A stretch of DNA of 10,812 nucleotides from Candidatus Dadabacteria bacterium. GTDB lineage: Bacteria; Desulfobacterota_D; UBA1144; Nemesobacterales; CSP1-2. The notes under the pieces were generated by a model. It did no database searches. It saw nothing but the letters and a program-made list of their open reading frames with translations, and was not told the DNA's origin. The stretch covers positions 101,242-112,053 of the forward strand of contig PSLL01000004.1 of assembly GCA_040289575.1 (NCBI GenBank), read 5' to 3'. Below, in pieces: positions 6,655 through 10,812 of the stretch (position 1 is the first letter of the stretch; the number at the start of each line of letters is the position of its first letter). Made by a program: the position numbers and the translations under genes.

Positions 6655-7540
6655 AATCGGAGCTTGGGTCCTGAGTTGATACGGCGAATTTCTTTTCAAT
6701 CTCGTGATATTTAGGGACATCCATAAGTTTCTCAAATTCTTTAAATGAAAGTGTATTCTCAAAACCCGCCGTTGTACCATGATTTTTCAGGTGACGGAAA
6801 CAGGCCTCCATCGCCCTTGTGGCGGCAAATAAACCCGAAAGTGGGAATACCACGATCTTAAAGCCGATTTCTTCTAATTGCTTGGCACTGAGATTGGGGG
6901 TTCTTCCACCCTCAATCATATTGGCAAATAGAGGGGCATCGGGAAAAGCCATTGCGATTTCTTTTAATTCATCAATAGACTGCGGAGCCTCAATAAAAAC
7001 CACATCCGCTCCGGCTTCGAAATAAGCCCTACCCCGGCGAATCGCCTCGTCGAGTCCCAAAGGGGCACGGGCATCTGTACGACCAATAATAACCAGCCCG
7101 TTATCGCCGCGTGCATATACCGCAGCACGGATCTTCTCTACGTGTTCTTCCATCTGAATTACCCTTTTGCCTTCAAAATGACCGCACTTTTTGGGCCACT
7201 CCTGATCTTCTAATATGACCCCTGCAATTCCCATGCTTATCACATCCGTTACGGTCCGTATAACATTCAGAGGATTGCCATAGCCCGTATCAATATCGGC
7301 AACGAGAGGAATGCCCACAGATCGGACGATGCGCCCGACACTCCAGAGCATCTCAGTAGCAGTAAGGAATCCGTAGTCCGGTAGTCCCAGTGTCGAACCT
7401 GATATACCGAACCCGCTTGTGAATACAACGGAAAAGCCGAGTTGCTCAACAAGCCTAGCCCCGATACAATCATAGACGCCGGGGAGCACCAGAATCCCAG
7501 ATTTTGAAAGAACCTCTCTTAATTTGTGTCCTTGAGTCAT
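6653..7540 (-). CDS. Isocitrate lyase/PEP mutase superfamily enzyme (methylisocitrate/2,3-dimethylmalate lyase or CPEP-mutase-like)
   Basis: PGVYD, FTSGFG, LGLPDYG, PLVADIDTGYG, LEDQEWPKKCGHFEGK, IIGRTDA, AGADVVFIEA, ANMIEGGRTP. ATG 7540 (295 aa) is preferred over the 7612 ORF start, which overlaps the divergent gene. Confidence 0.93.
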   Translation of the reverse strand: MTQGHKLREVLSKSGILVLPGVYDCIGARLVEQLGFSVVFTSGFGISGSTLGLPDYGFLTATEMLWSVGRIVRSVGIPLVADIDTGYGNPLNVIRTVTDVISMGIAGVILEDQEWPKKCGHFEGKRVIQMEEHVEKIRAAVYARGDNGLVIIGRTDARAPLGLDEAIRRGRAYFEAGADVVFIEAPQSIDELKEIAMAFPDAPLFANMIEGGRTPNLSAKQLEEIGFKIVVFPLSGLFAATRAMEACFRHLKNHGTTAGFENTLSFKEFEKLMDVPKYHEIEKKFAVSTQDPSSD

Positions 7541-7605
7541 GTTAGAACCCCCGGCAAAATATAGGAGAAAAAGATACTTCTGAAATAGTAACCTACGAGG
7601 TAAGG

Positions 7606-8469
7606 ATGTCAAGAATTAATTGCTCGGAAATCTTAACTAAAAAGGCTCTGAGATTTCTAAAGTCAATTGTGAGTTTCAGCTTAATTGGAATACTTGCATG
7701 TATGACACCATGCGTACACGCATCTAACAATGTCCATACAGATAAAAGGGAGATTATTATTCTGGGTAAATGGAATGAGAATCAGCTAGACAGTATCATA
7801 CGCAAAGGCTTCCAGATTCAGGATTTGGGCGAAAGAATAGACTTTCTTTCAGGACAATTCCTACGAGTGCCGTATAAAAAGTCAACTTTAACTGGAAACA
7901 TAAACACACCGGAGGTCTTTGTTATAAATCTGGAGGGTATGGACTGCTTTACATATATTGATTATATCGAAGCAATGCGCCTGTCGAACTCTTTTTCTGA
8001 GTTTAAGGAAAACCTAAGGAGGGTGAGATACCGATATGGTAAGGTCGCATTCCAAAACAGGAACCACTTCTTTACGGATTGGCGGGAATTTAATTCAGGG
8101 CACATTGATGACGTTACAGAGAAAGTCGGTGGAGAAAAGACAAAGACAGTAGAGAAAGCGCTTAACCAAAAAGAGGATGGGACCCATTTTCTTCCGGGGA
8201 TTCCTGTCAAAGAGAGAGAGATTCATTACATTCCCTCATATGCTCTCGACAGAACAATTATAGGACGGCTTAGGACCGGAGATTATGTTGGAATATATTC
8301 CGAGGCACAGGGACTGGATGTTTCTCATACGGGGATCATTATTAAAAAGGGGAATAGAACCTATCTAAGACACGCCTCATCAAGGGATGAGAATAGAAGT
8401 GTAGTTGATGAGGATTTAACAAGCTACATCTCAAATAAACCCGGATTGGTTATACTAAGACCCAAGTAG
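7606..8469 (+). CDS. DUF1460 / NlpC-P60-superfamily N-acetylmuramoyl-L-alanine amidase-like protein, exported
   Basis: FLRVPY..STL, INLEGMDCFTYIDYIEA (catalytic Cys), RY..G......RNHFFTDW, GLDVSHTGII, LRHASS, terminal LRP; hydrophobic signal-like N-terminus. Exact start uncertain. Confidence 0.88.
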   Translation: MSRINCSEILTKKALRFLKSIVSFSLIGILACMTPCVHASNNVHTDKREIIILGKWNENQLDSIIRKGFQIQDLGERIDFLSGQFLRVPYKKSTLTGNINTPEVFVINLEGMDCFTYIDYIEAMRLSNSFSEFKENLRRVRYRYGKVAFQNRNHFFTDWREFNSGHIDDVTEKVGGEKTKTVEKALNQKEDGTHFLPGIPVKEREIHYIPSYALDRTIIGRLRTGDYVGIYSEAQGLDVSHTGIIIKKGNRTYLRHASSRDENRSVVDEDLTSYISNKPGLVILRPK

Positions 8470-8493
8470 GGGCAAGACATGTCTTGCCCCTAC
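8466..8493. repeat. Perfect 28-bp GTAG-family REP-like palindrome
   Basis: GTAGGGGCAAGACATGTCTTGCCCCTAC is its own reverse complement; its TAG (8467-8469) is the amidase stop codon. Confidence 0.8.
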
Positions 8494-8496
8494 GGC

Positions 8497-8525
8497 TTGA
8501 CACTCTCCCTGGCCTTACACATACT
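8497..8525 (+). promoter_or_regulatory. sigma70-like promoter for nuoN
   Basis: Perfect TTGACA (8497-8502), 17-nt spacer, CATACT (8520-8525). A further TATAAT lies at 8546-8551 and a GAGGAG RBS at 8558-8563. Confidence 0.6.
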
Positions 8526-8568
8526 AAACTATTCAACTATCGCTCTATAATGCATTTGAGGAGACAGT

Positions 8569-10014
8569 ATGAATTTAAACGAAATCTTTAAGAGCACGCT
8601 CCTTATAGGCCCGGAGATTGCCCTGATACTTACAGGGATTATTGTGATGGTAATTGATCCATTGATAAAAGGGGAAACAAAAAAGAGACTTTTCTGGGTA
8701 GCGCTTCTTGGACTTGCATTGGGTTTTGTACTAAACCTCCAAAGATTCCATCACGGAGGGAGTGCCTTTTCCGGGGCACTTTCCTTAGATGAATTCGCCG
8801 CATACTTTAACGGCGCCTTCCTCGCCCTTGTGCTCTCAAGAGACTACGTCTCAAATATGAATCTGAAGGCGAATGAGTACTACGCCCTGGTTCTTTTCTC
8901 GACATCTGGGATGATGATCCTCAGTTCTGCAGAGGAATTTATGTCTCTTTTTCTCGGATTTGAAATCATGTCGGTTTCGGTATACATACTCTCAGGTTTT
9001 AACAGAAGATCGGTGCGCTCATCCGAGTCGGGGGTAAAATACCTCGTCCTCGGGGGATTCTCCTCGGCTATACTCCTCTATGGAATCGCTCTAATCTATG
9101 GGGCCTCCGGAACAATATTCCTCAGCCAAATTGCCGCGAAATTTGATGTAAATAACCCCCTATACCTTGCGGGTACTGCTCTAATACTCGTAGGGTTTAT
9201 ATTCAAAATCGGAGCCTTCCCTCTCCATCAGTGGGTTCCAGACATATACGAAGGAGCACCCATGACCGTGACCGGGTTTATGTCCGTAGGCGTAAAAGCC
9301 GCCGCGTTCTCAATCCTCCTCAGGGTTCTTTTCGGAGGGTTCTCTGATATTGAGGCTGACTGGACACGCGTTCTATGGGTTGTCGCGGCCTTTACCATGA
9401 CAATAGGAAACCTTGCCGCCATAGCCCAGAGGAGCGTAAAAAGGATGCTTGCCTATTCGAGCATTGCTCATGCCGGATATGCCCTCGTCGGAGTCGTTGC
9501 GGCTTATGGTGAAAAAGAATTGGGTTTAAGCAGTGTGCTTTATTATCTCTTTTCATACACGTTCATGAATCTAGGGGCATTTGGAGTTCTATCATACCTC
9601 TCAAAGAACGGGAAGGAATGCGAGACACTAGATGACATATCGGGGCTTTGGGAAAAGAAGCCTCTTACCGCCGTCGCTCTAGGGATATTCATGTTCTCCC
9701 TTGCGGGTGTTCCACCAACAATAGGGTTCTTTGCAAAATACCGCGTATTCTTATCAGGTGTGAAAGCCGAGTTCTATTGGCTTGTCGTAATAGGGGTCTT
9801 AAACAGCGTTCTTTCGGCTTATTACTACCTCAGGGTTCTTGTCTATGCCTATATGAGAGAGGGAAAGGTCGAGTTTCCTTCCCCTAAGCCGACTTCTGCC
9901 ATTGCACTCACCATTCTCACAATAGGAACCCTTATTTTGGGGATATTCCCGCTGTATTCATGGGAGCTTGCCCTAAAAGCCGCAGGCTCGTTTCTTCTAG
10001 CCCTGGCAAAATAA
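8569..10014 (+). CDS. nuoN: NADH-quinone oxidoreductase subunit N
   Basis: 481-aa polytopic membrane protein with PE at the N-terminus, EYYALVLFS..GMM, FLGFEIMS, SSESGVKYLVLG, FKIGAFPLHQWVPDIYEGAP, KRMLAYSSIAHAGY, FSLAGVPPTIGFFAK and SAYYYLRV. Confidence 0.95.
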   Translation: MNLNEIFKSTLLIGPEIALILTGIIVMVIDPLIKGETKKRLFWVALLGLALGFVLNLQRFHHGGSAFSGALSLDEFAAYFNGAFLALVLSRDYVSNMNLKANEYYALVLFSTSGMMILSSAEEFMSLFLGFEIMSVSVYILSGFNRRSVRSSESGVKYLVLGGFSSAILLYGIALIYGASGTIFLSQIAAKFDVNNPLYLAGTALILVGFIFKIGAFPLHQWVPDIYEGAPMTVTGFMSVGVKAAAFSILLRVLFGGFSDIEADWTRVLWVVAAFTMTIGNLAAIAQRSVKRMLAYSSIAHAGYALVGVVAAYGEKELGLSSVLYYLFSYTFMNLGAFGVLSYLSKNGKECETLDDISGLWEKKPLTAVALGIFMFSLAGVPPTIGFFAKYRVFLSGVKAEFYWLVVIGVLNSVLSAYYYLRVLVYAYMREGKVEFPSPKPTSAIALTILTIGTLILGIFPLYSWELALKAAGSFLLALAK

Positions 10015-10052
10015 TTCCCCAAAAAGGACAATAAAACTCTAGGGAGATTTCC

Positions 10053-10292
10053 TCAATTGTGATCCAGTCGGGATTTTAATAGCTTCTTTAATCTCTCTCT
10101 AATCTCAGGGGTGACAAAGGTCTTTTCTTTGAGTTTTCCTGTAAGCTCAAGCATCTTCCTATACGTTCTTACAAACGCCTGGCACTCAGGACACTCATGG
10201 AGGTGTTTCTCAAGCTCTTCAAGCGTCTTATAATCAAGCTCCGCCTCAATGTACTCTATTATATTTTCAACAACATCCTTACAAATAGTCAT
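10053..10292 (-). CDS. Small soluble zf-HC2 (ZAS) anti-sigma factor
   Basis: N-terminal Cys (TICKDV), YIEAEL and HLHECPEC (HxxxCxxC); starts 5 nt after the repaired stop of the upstream ECF sigma; no TM helix. Confidence 0.9.
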   Translation of the reverse strand: MTICKDVVENIIEYIEAELDYKTLEELEKHLHECPECQAFVRTYRKMLELTGKLKEKTFVTPEIRERLKKLLKSRLDHN

Positions 10293-10297
10293 CTCTT

Positions 10298-10812
10298 TTA
10301 CTTACCACTAAAGTAGTTTGAAAGTCTATCTCTCAAAAAAGTCTTGCTCTATGAAGCCTAGATTTAACCGCAGATACAGAAAGCCCCAATATCTTTGCCG
10401 TCTCCTCACTAGAAAGTCCCTCAATATCCATTAGATGAAAAAACAACTCTATAGGATTCTGGCAGTTCACCCACTGCTACTTCTATCTCCTCCATCGCCT
10501 CTTTATTAAAAAGAGCCTTATCTGGTCTATTAGCCCAGTCCTTGGATACCATTTTGTCAGATAGAAATCCCCTTTCATTATATGGAGCGTAGTTCTCAAG
10601 ACTTATATCGCCCTCATATCTCTTTTCAGCCTCCGCAATATGATGGTCGCGAGTAATTCTAAATGCCAACCCATGGATTTTATCCTCATATCGGTTGACA
10701 ATTTCTTCAAATGCGCTTTTGTCGTTTGTGGCGTTGAAAAGCCCAATGAGCTTTTCGTCCGGGATGGTATCTACTTTAAGAAGAACGTCCCCTCCCCCCG
10801 CAGCAATGCCTC
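10298..10812 (-). pseudogene. Second ECF sigma factor paralog, 5'-partial, with a 40-codon in-frame deletion and two 1-nt frameshifts
   Basis: Open frame from 10810: ...IPDEKLIGLFNATNDKSAFEEIVNRYEDKIHGLAFRITRDHHIAE/AEKRYEGDISLENY...LPESYRVVF. After correcting A-runs at 10438-10443 (+1) and 10335-10340 (-1) it continues HLMDIEGLSSEETAKILGLSVSAVKSRLHRARLFLRDRLSNYFSGK-TAA, collinear with the sigma at 5247-5951. Confidence 0.9.

Noticed and set aside
7541..7612. 24-aa N-terminal extension on the ICL-family enzyme
   Set aside because: It overlaps the divergent gene start and has no family similarity; ATG 7540 gives the normal length.
238..10031. Remaining short antisense or alternative-frame ORFs in the track (e.g. 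1617-1904, 1708-2052, 3945-4256, 4566-4901, 7962-8210, 9648-9887)
   Set aside because: All overlap well-supported genes and show no independent motifs.
1..10812. CRISPR array, integrase/transposase or defence system
   Set aside because: No regularly spaced direct repeats and no recognisable recombinase, transposase or nuclease ORFs.

Overview
Bacterial chromosomal window with two parts. Left of a tRNA-Arg(UCG) (6111-6190, minus) is an accessory thiol/metal(loid)-stress-like cluster. It holds a PiT-family transporter with a Cys-containing loop, a secreted Cys/His-motif protein, a MerA/LpdA-like flavin disulfide reductase, a TVP38/DedA (VTT) membrane protein, an NrtS-like small membrane protein, a CMD/AhpD-like protein, a TIGR04283-like glycosyltransferase and an ECF sigma factor. 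Three of these transcription units (perhaps four) carry the same bipartite motif, GAAAC-N17-ATC(T/A)AA, upstream and on the coding strand, which suggests a local ECF sigma regulon. Right of the tRNA are a truncated receiver-domain gene, an ICL/PEP-mutase-family lyase, a DUF1460 amidase, a stand-alone nuoN, a zf-HC2 anti-sigma factor and a second, closely related but damaged ECF sigma paralog. GTAG-type REP-like palindromes sit at gene ends. Many genes are disrupted by 1-nt indels in homopolymer runs and by internal deletions. From sequence alone I cannot tell real decay from sequencing or assembly error. All family assignments come from motif recognition by eye; no database searches were run.
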